From Bugula neritina (lineage: Eukaryota; Animalia; Bryozoa): a stretch of DNA of 64,000 nt. Of the stretch, positions 14,420 through 26,800 are shown in pieces (position 1 is the stretch's first letter; each line of letters begins with the position of its first letter). A program made the translations under genes and the position numbers. The stretch covers positions 18,707,700 to 18,771,699 of the forward strand of contig OZ037768.1 of assembly GCA_964035545.1 (NCBI GenBank), read 5' to 3'. Below the pieces are notes generated by a model that made no database searches, was not told the origin of the DNA, and saw only the letters and a list, made by a program, of their open reading frames with translations.

Positions 14420-15450
14420 GTATTAGTAGTGATGGTGATCATTACACTTAAGTCTTAACATTATGTTATATTATTATTATTAATATTTTACTATACATAT
14501 ACTTATAGTCTATAACTATTTGTTTAAGCATTGGTAACTTACGAGTTCACTCAGTGAACTTGTAAGTATACTTATACTATAGTATAAGTATAAGTATCAC
14601 TATGACTATCACTATGGTCTATGAGTATGAGCATGAGTATCAGTATGACTATGACTATGAGTAAGACTGTTACTCAGTATTACTATTACTATTACTATTA
14701 GTGTATTACTATTAGTATGATTAGTATGAGTATCACTCAATCAGTGTTGACTCTCAGTATCAGTATGAGTATGACTGTGTGAGGTTGAGTATCAGTATGA
14801 GTATGACTAATACTAAGTCTAATAGTATTACTATTACTATTAGTATTACTAGTACTATTAGACTTAGTATAAATAGTAAATGTAATACTAGGACGAAACC
14901 TATTATAGTATTACTACTACTAATGTACTAGTATTAGACTAAATTAGTAATATAGTATTAGTATAGTATCACTATTACTAGTAGTAGTAGTATTAAATTT
15001 ACTGTATGATTAAAGTAGTAATACTGTAATAGTAGGAGTATTACTAATAGTATCACTATCAGTATAATAATGATAATTTTAACTAGGACAATTATAATTA
15101 TTGCTATAACTTGAGCATAACATAATTTTATAGTTATCAAGTTTAGCTATAACAGCTATACTAAAAGCATTAGTATAGGTAGATTATTATTAACGTTCAT
15201 AATATTCGTATTGTCATTAGTATGAATTAGTAAATGTAAATATTAGTATGACTCACTATGACTTTCAATGTAAAACTAACTAATATTATCCCTATTTCCA
15301 TAAATATTACTGTAAGTGTAAGTTATACTGTAACTGTCTAAGTATTAATAATATTAATATATAATAATTAATAACAATAATTTTATTATTGATATAAATC
15401 AAAACAAAAGTATGACTATGAGTAATGGTAAAAGTATCAGTATGACATTG
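14420..15450. repeat. Degenerate AGT/ACT/TAT-rich low-complexity tract
   Basis: Repeated AGTATG, ACTATG, TATTAC and TAGTA words. Confidence 0.8.
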
Positions 15451-16353
15451 CTTATCTAATCTTAGAGCAATATGAAGATTTAAGCTATTTTAAACTGCAC
15501 AAGTCATTGATTCTTCATAATATTTTATTGACAAAACTCACAGCATTTGCTGATGTGAATAACTACTGGTTTGAATAAATCTAAGACTTGCTCATAAATT
15601 AAATGCAGTAAATTATCTTTTAAAGACATGCCTCAAAGCTACTGTCCGTTATAATATTTGTGTTTTTCGGTGGTCAATTTGGATGTAATAATATCTGTAT
15701 GTTTCAATTTTCTAGGCAACATCAATTGCTCTCTTAATTTTGCCAACAATCCACATATGTATCTCAGAAAAAAAAAGAAAAATGTGATTCAATATTAAAG
15801 TAAATTTTTAGCGTTTAGCCTTAGGCTTATACACAAAACACCGAGTATGTACTGAATGGTTATGCATTTAATCATGTAGATTCAAGTATGAACTGAAATG
15901 ACAATGTTAAATGAGCACAAAGCTATAAGGCTATGATAGTCAAAAGGCAACTTGACACAATAAACCAAATTTTTTTTGGGTGCCTCTACACATAGAATAC
16001 ACATGTGCTTAATATACCCTAATATTTCCAACATATTTTACTGGTTTCAACATGAAATGGCTTCATAAAATGCCTTTTTATCAGACATGCTCAAATTATT
16101 TTGATTTATTTGACCACATCGCTACATATAGGCCTATGTATTCAAAGTATTCTAATGTGATAATTAAACTTTCATATTTATGTAAATTTTGTACATTATT
16201 GTATACTCATTTGAGTAGCTCAATGGTTTCATAGCTAAGTGCACTTTACAATCAACTTGATACATGTGGTTTACATATACCCAAAGCAGTAAACTGTGTT
16301 TATGTATCATTATTACATTTACCAAAATTTAGATACGGCATCTTTCCAAAAAC

Positions 16354-17874
16354 ATGGACAAATACGTTATAAGAAAGCCTCGGGATATACCAGAAAGAAA
16401 GAAATCTCAAGAGAAAGTGAAGGAACTGAAACAAACAACTATATTTTCTCTCAAGGTTTGATTTTCTACGCAAGTTTTATACTGTACATCATTTTCTAAT
16501 ATTTTAATAGAGGTGCTACATCACTGATTTTTTTCAAAACTCAGAATTTGATGACAAATAGTTTGTGATCAGCTTAACTTATTGATCCTATTTAACATTT
16601 TTTTTGAAATGAGAGTGTCATTTTCTTTAAAAATTAAATTGGCTACCATCAGCATGTTTATTAGCCTAGGGCCACACTGTGCGTATTTTCGCATGCGAAA
16701 ATTGAAACCACAGGTAGCAAAGGTGTCCACTGTAGCGCCAGTGATGCGGGATAAAGCTTTCATTTTTAAATTGCACTCGCTTTTAATAAAACGCAATTTA
16801 CTGGAATATAGCACTAAAATAAAAGAACTGGGCTCGCTAAATAACTACCAGCCAATTAGGTGACGACTACAGAGTCGATTCGCACTTGCATTCAGAATGT
16901 TTTCTCAACGCATACAGTAGACACCTTTGTCAGCCCATACTAATATTTCATTCTAGCACAATCCATTAACAAGTAGCACAATTTTCTTGAGAGAATATAA
17001 AATAATCATGTTTCGTGCATCTAGCGTAGAAAGAGTGTATCTTTTTATTTGTAGAGAGTTGTTGTGGTGGAAGACATAAAAAGAATAAAATCTTTGCTAG
17101 AAATTACTGATCAAGACTCTGAAGTAATTTTTGATCAATTAAAGTTGTTAGAACAGAAGATTCCCTCCAAAGAAGTGCTTCTTGAGACTAAATTAGGTAA
17201 GGCGCTTGACTGTGTTGTATAACTAACCATTCAAAAGTTTATAAATTCATGTTTATAAATATCCTAAATGTCTGACAGTTTATGCCTAAAAATGGTTGAG
17301 TAACTGCATTTTTCAAGTTATTTGTGTAAGAATTACTTTTGTTCTTTTTTCAATTTAGGATTAACACTTAGAAAATTGAAGAAACATGAAAATGTTGAAG
17401 TAGCAGCTAAGGCATCAAGCATTTATGCTGATTGGAAAAAGCATTTTAAAGATAAACTGGATAAACCTTGCATTGAAGTACGCTATGACAATGCAACAAA
17501 TAAATGCAGAGATACCAGCAGAAGGCTTATATGTGATTGTCTTTCATCCCACAAAGTGAGTTCAATTATGCATTTTGTTGTTCTGAATAGATGTAACCAA
17601 GAATCAAGTTTAGATATTTCTAGGCTTTTACAATCTTTTTTTGCATTGGATTTGTTTTATTCGTCCCAAAAAATTGTTGTAGGAATCTGCATTACTAGCC
17701 GATTCAATAGAACGATGCATCTTTGAGAGAACTAAAAACACAGCATACAGCTATCGCCGCCATATCCGAGGGATAGTATTCACATTGAGGTATAAAGAGC
17801 ACATCAAACAGCAACTATTGAACAAACAACTAACGGTGATAGAATTATGCCAAATGAAAAAACCAACAAGTTGA
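16354..17874 (+). CDS. TCEANC2: Transcription elongation factor A N-terminal and central domain-containing protein 2, 210 aa
   Basis: Exons 16354-16455 (MDKYVIRKPR..KQTTIFSLK), 17055-17196 (RVVVVEDIKR..KIPSKEVLLETKLG), 17359-17555 and 17683-17874 (YRRHIRGIVFTLRY). Phases are consistent and the motifs match TCEANC2 as I know it. Confidence 0.93.
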
Positions 17875-18043
17875 ATTGCCGTAATGCATGAATTTATTAA
17901 ACAATTTATAATGTTAATATTTTATATTATTATATTATATAAATTACATCTACAGAATACTCATAATACAACAATGATGCTTTTTTTACAGTCTAGTTAT
18001 TGTTTATGCTATTTATAGAAAAGTTTTTACATAACCTGTAAAC

Positions 18044-20110
18044 TCAATAAGTTACAACATTAATTTTACCATACAAGGGCACTGTTATTAAACTAATACT
18101 CAAAGTACAAATCATTTTCAACACCAGTGCAAGCCAAGGTCCCAGAGATAGGAGGAATACCATTGCCCTACAAAATATTCAGCATGAATGTGAGAAACAA
18201 ATTAACACACGTGTAAATGGCACGTTGTGACAAGTAGAAATGCAACTTACTGAATTATTAGTGGTCTGTACACACAGATGAGCATCAATACCAATGCAAC
18301 GTATCTGTAGGGTTGAGCCAAATCCCGCCTTTGGTAAAGCCACACCAGTGCTGCAGTCACTATATGTTGAATCTAAATAAATGTATTGAGCACTAGAAGA
18401 TGTGAAATAACATTTTAAATAGCAATGAAATGAATGTTCCATGATATTACACTAACACACTTACCAACAGAATATTTGTCTCTAAGCTCATCTGAATATA
18501 AATCCAATCAAATTCAGTACCTCTAGCTCCAGTCCAGAAAGGCAAAAGCCTGAAATTATTTACACAATTATTTTAAAGCTTGAACACTTGATACAAAAAA
18601 TTTAAAAAGAATTGTGCCGTATATTGGCATATACTAAACTAGAGTAAATTTAAATGCAACAAGGAAAGTAAGTGTATTCAGTTTCATAATCTATTGCTGT
18701 GCTGTTACAACCAGTTATTTCTATTGTATTTCAAAACAAGAAACGCCTCTATTAGCTTTGACTGATTGCATCACATATTTGATATATTTTGATATGTCAA
18801 CCTTACCTAGTCATCATAAACTCAGCTGTAGCCCAACCTACAGCAGCACTAGTAAATTTGATTGGACCTTTCACGGTAAGCTGACCCATGATTAAACTTA
18901 GACCTACCAAGTCCCCAAGATCAACAGAACACCGAAGAAGCTCCTGAAATAAAACATTGCAAGATTTAAACCTTCAAACACCAATTATGAAGTCAATAAA
19001 CTACACATAATATTTGTTGCACCTAGAGAATCCCTATGTAACCAGTGGGTCGTTTGCGTCACCAGCTGATAGTTTTAATTGCTAGTACAAGTATCAAGCT
19101 TTAACAGAAAATTATGACTAAAAGCTGTATTTAATATGACTCATAAAACTGTGCTGTAAAATGATGCTAAGTATGTAAAATTTGTAATATGTTACAGTGT
19201 CTCTACACTTGTTTCAACACAAAATCAATTTACTTTATTTCAACACAAAGTTTTACGAACAAACTTTACAAATCAAAAAATATGCAGCATTGTAGTTTCT
19301 TTTTACACATCTAAAACTGCTGTCAATATTCATTTAAATTCATGTAAAGAAACTGCAAGTGAGTATACTTACTCCAACTACATCCATACTATCAGTATCT
19401 GTTTCTGGGAAAAATGTCGCCAATATCAACATCTTTACAAACTGGACTAAGAAATACATGCTGCCAGCTTGAACGCATTTCCAGTGGGCACTGTATTCAC
19501 CTCTACAAGTTAAATTAGATATATTATAATATTTTTCACTGGAAATACAATTTAACAATCTACGAGATGAGGCTGGAAATAAATGGTAATCATCAAGTCT
19601 TTAAAGCTTTGATTAAGTTTAAGAAGAACTTTTGTAAAAATAAAGAGAGTCAAGTTTAATTAAGATTATTTGATTAATCAAAATCCGAGCTAAAAATAAC
19701 ACATGGTTTTAAAAGTACTTTTGGTTTAAATGTACTCAGCGCTGAACCTGATAAAATCTTCTTGTAAATTTGATTTTGGTGTACCCATGTAAAGTTTACA
19801 AAACTCAAGTCTCAAATGCCATTTTGCTTAGTAAATACAATTTCATTAGATATTAGTAATAATTATAAACTAGTTATAATGATGCTGAAATACCCTCACT
19901 ATCATTATAACTATAAAGTAGCAACATTGTAAACCTGTTTGACTAAATAATTATTATTGTAATTGAGGTGACATATTTCTTCATATTTTTTTTAGTGGTA
20001 GTAAACAACATTATACTTAGTCTCATGACTTACAGATTAGCCGCTTTGTAAGTGATAGCATGAGGAGCGTATGCTAACGCCATGCAGTTGATAAAATGGA
20101 AGAACGTCAT
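18044..20110 (-). CDS. TMEM147: Transmembrane protein 147 (nicalin-NOMO/BOS complex subunit), 224 aa
   Basis: Exons 20110-20034 ([22 protein letters not shown]), 19502-19373 ([22 protein letters not shown]), 18943-18807 (GWATAE), 18549-18465 ([15 protein letters not shown]), 18372-18251 and 18167-18044. Total 675 nt. Confidence 0.95.
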
Positions 20111-20689
20111 GATCACTTGTGGGTCTTTACGATGACAATGATATTAACTGAAAGGAAAAAAACGTTGAATCTATAAGTATTAGAGCAAAGACTAAGCTTT
20201 AAGTTTAAACAGTTTAAAAGATAGTCTTTATGGCTATGCTGAATACTAAATCTCACTGACAGTCACAATGGTGAGTTGTAAGTTAAACTGGGTGTCAGTA
20301 TGACTATGAGTGCAAATCTTAATCTCAGTGTGCAAGTCAATGTTTAAGTGTCACTTATACTCATAGTCAGATTTGTAGTCGTACTCATGCTTTTACTATT
20401 ACTATTAGTATTAGACTAATATTATTATTTATATTCTGAATTAGACAGCAACACTACGTCTTAGTCTAACTGTTAGTTATGATTATCATTATAAATATAA
20501 TAATAATAAATTTAATTGACTGAAATTGAATGACTCCAGGCAGTTGAAGGCAGTACAAGCGTCTGTCTATTACAAGTTCAACAAAATTTGAGGTCTTACT
20601 TTCACTTTGAAGAAGTGAAAAATCTAAGTTAAAGTAATGGAACAAAGTAATATAAAAAATAATGTCCTTACAAAATTCCTACTTCAAAG

Positions 20690-20885
20690 GCAAATCAAAT
20701 GTAGGAGCATCTGGCAATTGAGAAAAAGTGTTTCGGAAAAGCCTTAGAGTTTACGGAGTAATATGGTATTCGAGAGGAACACGAAAGTCGCTTGCTCAAT
20801 GTAGGAATTCGTACTACGATAGGCTCTTAGTTCCCAGAGACTGTAATACGAGCGTCTCAATGATCCGCCATACTCTCATTGCAAC
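20690..20885. promoter_or_regulatory. Candidate bidirectional promoter for TMEM147 and SPT6
   Basis: Short CpG-containing island (about 10 CpGs, with YY1-like CCGCCAT near 20865) between head-to-head genes. A minus-strand donor lies near 20595, and both ATG exons are preceded by splice acceptors. Confidence 0.4.
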
Positions 20886-20899
20886 AATATGAATATGAA

Positions 20900-21273
20900 T
20901 AATATAAATATATCCCATTATGATTATCATTATGGTGTTGTATCATCAGACTTTACAATATGAATATAGAGTATGTAGTTATGATAATGTAATTGTGGTG
21001 TACTAACTAGTAACTACTAAGTACTCAAGTAGTTAATAGTTTTTTATCTTGATAAATTTATTATTTAATAAAATAAAAATAATTAATATTTTTAAAGTTA
21101 TTTTTAATATAAATATAAACATTAACTTATCAACTATTAGTATTACTTATTTATTATTAGATTTAGTAAAACTAAGAGTTAGACTTAGAGTAAGTAACTA
21201 GTACTAGTAGTAGTATACTTAGAATATTACTTTATTAGTAACAGCTAAACTAAATTACCACTACTAGTACTAG

Positions 21274-21341
<68 letters not shown>

Positions 21342-22260
21342 GATTTACTTTTATTTTCAATAAATATACTTCTAGTTCTAGTTCGGTAGAACTAGATCAA
21401 GATGTAGTTATACTAGTAGTAGTCCTAGTACTAGTAGTAGTAGTATTAGTATTACTAGTACTATTAGTATTACAGGCGTAGTAGTTGTAGTACTAGTACT
21501 ACGTCTAGTTTTACTAGTAGAGTACTAGTTCTGCTGCTACTACTACTACTAATACTACTGGGACTAGAAGTAGGCTACTCAGTACTCTAGCCCTAGGCCT
21601 AAAACTAGTAGTAATACCAATACTAATAGTACTCAGTCTCATGCTCATAGTCATACTATCAGATTACTATCAGTATAGTCTTACTGATAGTGATAGGACT
21701 TATAGTCATATTGATAGCCATATGACATTGATATTAATATTGATGATCATACTTTCAGTGTTTAGTACTACTGCTGCTGTTGCTGCTGCTACCACTACTG
21801 CTACTAATAGTAGTCTAGTGCTAGTGTATAGTAGTAATACAATTATAAATGATAATATACATATAGCTATAAGTATCATTATCTTAATTTTATAGTTGAT
21901 GTTATAGTTATGCTTATATTTATATTTAATTAGAATTATACTATTAAATTATTATTGCTTCTATTACTATTGGTATTCATGTTATTATTACTATTTGTAT
22001 TACCATTATTATTACTATTAATATAACTAATTTACTATAACTAAGTTGTAGTTATAGGCATTTCGTTTTAGTTTTACTATTGTTTATTAGTATTACTATT
22101 AGCCTACCATTAGAGTTGCGAATAATATAAGTATATGCTAATATACTAGTAGCCTACTATTAATTTAGTATTACTATCAGTATTAAACTTATTTCAATAT
22201 ATTTATAACTATACAAATAACTAGTATAACAACTAGTACTATAGTCTGCAATTGTAAGTA
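20900..22260. repeat. Degenerate TAG/ACT-rich tract containing a pure (TAC)n run at about 21274-21340
   Basis: Dense ACTAGT, AGTACT and TAGTAG words, seen directly. Confidence 0.85.
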
Positions 22261-22431
22261 CTAAGTTTCCAGTTGGCCTAAGACATAAAGATAATGATTA
22301 TTCAATTTTGTAGGCTTAAATTTGGAAATGTTTAAAAGTGATAAGTCAGTCAATTAGTTACTAAATTTCAGTAATACGATTGAGCCTGAGAAGTTGTTCA
22401 TTTTGTTATTTACTGAAACTGAACCATGATC

Positions 22432-22974
22432 GGTGTCATCTCAGATAGGCGCAAGGCTAAATTTTCCACTTAGACGCTTCCCACATGGACGCTTCCCAGT
22501 TAGACGCTATTTATTTATTTTAGTGCAATATAATTATATGTATTTATGCGCAATTTATTTGAATATTGAAATATCTTTATCTTTAAATATATTAGAATCA
22601 ACTGTTTGCTATTTGGCACATAAATAAATTCCTTTTATTTGCATTAACTTATTAATTTTGCATTTTATATATTTTTTGTTGTTTGAAAAAATAATATTTT
22701 AAGAAGTATTCATTAAAGACAAGGTCTATTATTATTGCGTTCCTTTTTTGTGTCCCACACAAATTTGTGAAAATTAGAATAATATCCTAGATAATTCCTA
22801 TTAACTATTATTTCATGTTTAGCAATCAATACAACAGTTATATATGTATATATAAGTATATTAGTATTGCTATAATTATCCAACCAAAATAAAAATAGCA
22901 ACTGGGAAGCGTCTAAGTGGGAAATGTCCAAGTGGAAAGGGTCTAACTGGGAAGCGTCTATCTTGGATAAAACC
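22432..22974. mobile_element. Non-autonomous DNA transposon (MITE) with GG..CC ends, Merlin- or MULE-like
   Basis: Exact 8-bp TSD CCATGATC (22424-22431 and 22975-22982). Imperfect TIR: GGTGTCATCTCAGATAGGCGC versus GGTTTTATCCAAGATAGACGC. Inverted subterminal TAGACGCTTCCCA repeats. Confidence 0.8.
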
Positions 22975-23871
22975 CCATGATCACCATGGTGTTCAATGTA
23001 ATTAGTATTATTTAATTATTTACCTTGTTTTTTTACTGATTAGGCATCACTCATTAGTGATTATCGTTCATCATCATATTCATTATGATTATGCAAAAAC
23101 TTGACATGTTTAGGTTAACTAATACTTACTAATATTATTAGCATTTCTGATCATTTGAGATTTGATAATAAATTATTAAATGAAAGTTGGATTTATTTCG
23201 ACATTTTGTGCTTATAGTTGTAGCATAATATGTTAAATAAAATATTATTTAATCTACTGTTTGAATGTATAGTAAAGATTTTGTATAAAAAAATTATTTG
23301 CGATAAATATAGTTATCAGAATAACTGGTAAGCTAAAAGTATAACCTGTTGCTATGGAAAATGCTAGACTAGTTGAATATTGCTTAATTTACATATGCAA
23401 GTGAGGAGTACAATATTCTTACTCAGAAAAAACATACGTTGCTAACAATAAGATTTAGCAACGTGAAAACATGTTGAGTACATGTTTTGTGCAACCAACC
23501 AGCTACAAAATTAGTATTTTCAAGTTTATATGACTATGTAATAAGTGAAAGTCATGTCTGAAGAGTGTTTAGAGGAAAAAAAAGGAATTAGTTTAAGTTT
23601 GCACAGCTTGCATCTGTAAACTTAATCGCATTTGTTGACTTTGTTATATTTTGTTTTCATATTACTTTAATTTAATGTAATTTGGAATTTTGTTTCTAAT
23701 ATGTTTATATATGCGTTGTAACATACAAAACCTGCTTTAATCGGCTTAAAACTACAAATAAAAGTTATTTTGAAGTGGTCTAGCTACTATCTATATAATG
23801 TAATTTTTATTCTTTAGTAAACTTAAGTTCGTCTGGGGAAAAGTTATAATCCAACAAGTGACTGCCAGAGC

Positions 23872-26800
23872 ATGTCTGGGTTTATTGATCACTCGGCATC
23901 AGAGGCCTCTGGTTCTGAGAGTGAAGAAGATGGGGTCCAGGGCTCGCCAAAGAAGAAAGCCTCCACGGGTAGCAGGTCAGGTTCTGGCAGCTCAAGCAGT
24001 AGCGGTGACAGCAGTGAAGAGGAAGGAGGTAAGGCACATTTCATAGAGTTTACTTCTCATTTTGAACTTCATGACATGACCAACTCTGCTTGTTTTTCAT
24101 TAGATGTTTGTTGATCTTTAGAACTCAGTTTATAAATTATACATTTTTCATTGTAGATGATGCAGGAGTGGTTGAAGACCTCATTGATGACAACCCGATT
24201 GAGGAAGAAGTCAGTGATGCCGAGGACAGCGACACTGAAATTGGAAAACGGAAAAAGCATTCGGATGAAGATGACTTGGAAGAAGATGATTTTGCACTAA
24301 TTGAAGAAAATCTTGGAATCAAAGTGGGTCGCAGCTTAAGTGTTCTTTATTTTTTAAAGATGGGAGTGTATGAATATTGGATGGAACTTATGTTCTAATT
24401 TGCGTTGGTAGTTTTAATTTGCCTGTTTACAATTGGTCGGGTTTTTCTGTTGCTAGGTGAAACGGAACAAGCGGAAGCGAATCAAAGTGATGTCTGATGA
24501 CGATGACTCAGACCAAGAAGTTTCTAATGAAAACGAGGCTGACGCTGTCGCAAATGAGCTGTTTGATGACGACGACGAGGAAATGCCGTTGGCTGATCAA
24601 GACGAGTCTAGTCAGCAGTCTGGGAAACCGGCAGCGGATGTGGCTGACGCGTATGGAGACCTGGATGAAAGCGAGGAGTCGGGTATTTAATTATTATCAT
24701 GTTGGCATTATCGATAGAGCGCTATGTCTCCATGCTTCACATTATGCGAATGGATTTTTCATTTTATGCATGGGACGGTGTCAATTGAATGAAACTACAA
24801 CCACGAGAGGTTGCATTTTTTATTCGACATAATTCGTACAAGCATCCTGTACAAATTCACTTGATGCATGAAGACGTAGTGATTGCGTACGGTGGACTTT
24901 TAGTACAATAGTTATATTTGTTCAGTCTCGTTAGTTCCTGATCTTTCTAGATCCGGATGACTTCATTGTTGATGAGGAGGGACAACCAATCAGCAGAGGC
25001 AAGAAGAAGCGAACTGTTGTTCACACAGATAAAGCCTTGCAGGAGGCTCAAGACGTGTTTGGCGTGGACTTTGACTTCAATGACTTTGATGATTATGGCA
25101 GTAACTACGAGGACGAAGAGGAAGAGGAGGTGTGTTTGTCAACTTCTTACATCAGCAGAACTACTGTTTGCCATTCACCTGCCTGCCTTGTGCAACTTTC
25201 TGAACCTATACTTTACCTATTACTTTTTGTATTAGCAGGCATTTAACTGTTGTTTACCATTCAACAAGTGTAACTCTCTGAACCTATACTTTAGGAAGAA
25301 TATGAAGACGATGAGGTTGATGGAGAACCAGGTGCTAGGAAAAAGAGAGCTCGGCATAGCAAGAGGACCATATTTGAAGTGTTTGAGCCGAGTGAACTGG
25401 AGCGAGGTCACATGACCGATGTGGATCAGGAGATACGGAATGCCGATATACCTGAACGATTCCATGTGAGTTGCAGTCAGCAATCTGATAGCATTCATAT
25501 GAACATTCCTGATTGGTTTGCCAATGATTACTCAACTCAACAGCTCTTTGAGTTTTACTGCATTAGCATATTTAAACTTCTTCAGTCTCCTATTTCTAAA
25601 GAGTTATTGCAAAGCCTTTCATTTGAATCTTTTAATATTTACAGTGTTAGCGAAGGCTTTGGGCATGCTTTTTACAATTCAATCTTAACATGTGCATAAA
25701 TATGTGCAAATGTTAAATTATTAGGCTACCTCAAAGCTGGGTTCCTGTTCAGACCATCAAGTTATAAATTAAATGGCAATATTTGCGCATCTGTTGATGC
25801 ACAAAGACATACGAATTCACAAATGCTGTAGTTTAAAAACACATTGACTAGCTGCATACACACTAACAATGCATTATTAGAAATTTGGTCTGGTTATGTG
25901 AACTTGGAGTTGGTTTTGAAACAATAAACTGCAAGTTTATCTGCTGTCTAGTATGTTGCATGTTTCAGGAAATTATGGTGATTTTGCAGACTCTATTTTG
26001 GAAACTATATATGACTAAAGTATTTACAGTGTTTCACTTGTTGCTCTCCCAGCTGGTTGTCTCCCCTTGTTTATTATGTGACTTGCATTGTTTTTTATTT
26101 ACTCAGTTGAGGACCATTAAAGTCACTCCAGCAAATTCCCAGGAGTTACAAGATGAAGCTGAGTGGATATTTACTCACGCCTTCTCTAAAGCCTCGTTTT
26201 CAAATCAGGTAAGTCATCCGTTGTTGTTGTGATTTGAGCGTTCTCTTTTTTACAGATATATAAGATGTTATATATGGTTTTGTTTTTCATCTAACAGGAA
26301 GTGTTAGCGGAAGACAGGAAAGACATGAGGGTAATCATCAAGAAGATTAACAGCGCGCTTGATTTCTTGCGCAACCAACAACTAGAAGTTCCATTTATAA
26401 ACTTTTACAGAAAGGAGTATGTACAGCAAGAACTTGAAATTCGTGATTTGTGGAAAATCTGGCAGTGGGATGAAAAGGTAGAGTATTAAATTGATACTTG
26501 ATGTGACAATATGTGTTTGCATGCTGAATACTTTTGTGTAATTGGCTTTTATATATCCAATTATGTTTCTGTAATAATTATAGTGGGCTCAATTACGAGC
26601 TAGAAAGCAAAATTTAATAAAGCTGATGGAACGGATGCAACAATATCAATTTGATCAGAACAGTAACCCGGATGTGATCATGCCGTCACACTTACGTCCG
26701 CTCACACAAGATGACATTGACAGGTGAGATAGGTTGTCATACAAGCATACATTAGCTGCATAAAAACGGGTGCAAGTTCATCATTACTATTCCTGTAAGA

